NCBI GenBank assembly: GCA_031285625.1
Contig: JAITVV010000005.1
Span: 1-17,055, forward strand
Source: Prevotella sp.
GTDB taxonomy: Bacteria > Bacteroidota > Bacteroidia > Bacteroidales > Dysgonomonadaceae
DNA length: 17,055 nucleotides
Reading direction: 5' to 3'
A program made the translations under genes and the position numbers. Of this stretch, positions 16,906 to 17,055 are shown in pieces (the stretch's first letter is position 1; every line of letters starts with the position of its first letter). The notes beneath the pieces are model-generated. The model was given only the letters and a program-made list of their open reading frames with translations, ran no database searches and had not been told where the DNA came from.

Positions 16906-16954
16906 TGAAATAATTAAAACGATAGAAATATGAACAATGTCTTATTCCAAAATA

Positions 16955-16992
16955 GGTTGACAGATATTGATTCATAATAATTTATCTGTCAG
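16955..16992. promoter_or_regulatory. Third, diverged copy of the GGTTGACA...TGTCA inverted repeat
   Basis: TGACAGATA (16958-66) / TATCTGTCA (16983-91); TTGACA-N24-TGTCAG. Preceded by ACAATGTCTTA, resembling ACAATGTGTCTTA before the 14058 copy. Confidence 0.55.
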
Positions 16993-17055
16993 TAAGAAAA
17001 GTATTAAACCCAAGATAGGTTTACACCGGTTTTGGCAAAGGTATCTTTTTCTGCG

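Noticed and set aside
16730-16933. 67-aa plus-strand ORF overlapping E2
   Set aside because: Out-of-frame overlap with a well-supported gene; no motif.
1-17055. CRISPR array, tRNA/rRNA, IS or integrase
   Set aside because: No regularly spaced repeat-spacer array, structured RNA gene or transposase/integrase motif was seen.

Overview
A 17 kb AT-rich accessory region from a Bacteroidota (probably Bacteroidales) genome, most likely cargo of a conjugative transposon/ICE because it carries an rteC-like gene. It has three blocks. (1) 291-11238, all on +: a membrane-spanning TPR-HTH regulator, a DUF3244-like secreted protein, a stand-alone LytTR protein, and a RiPP cluster. The cluster comprises a 54-aa double-glycine precursor absent from the ORF track (2932-3096), a radical SAM/SPASM maturase, a TonB-dependent-like outer-membrane barrel, a C39 peptidase-ABC exporter, a short HlyD-like protein and two exported accessory proteins. 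(2) 11511-12183: an rteC-like gene split by a +1 frameshift at GGGAAAAAAAT, preceded by a terminator-like leader. (3) 12312-16905: a defence module, with an XRE-HTH/ImmA-IrrE peptidase fusion and a PIN-like gene transcribed divergently from a short type II CBASS (HNH-SAVED, CD-NTase ending FHGND, lone E2). The divergent promoters overlap inside a TTGACA-N23-TGTCAA palindrome that recurs twice more. The best candidates for novelty are the RiPP/TPR-sensor circuit and the HTH-peptidase/PIN-CBASS coupling. All family calls are from motif recognition by eye; no searches were run.
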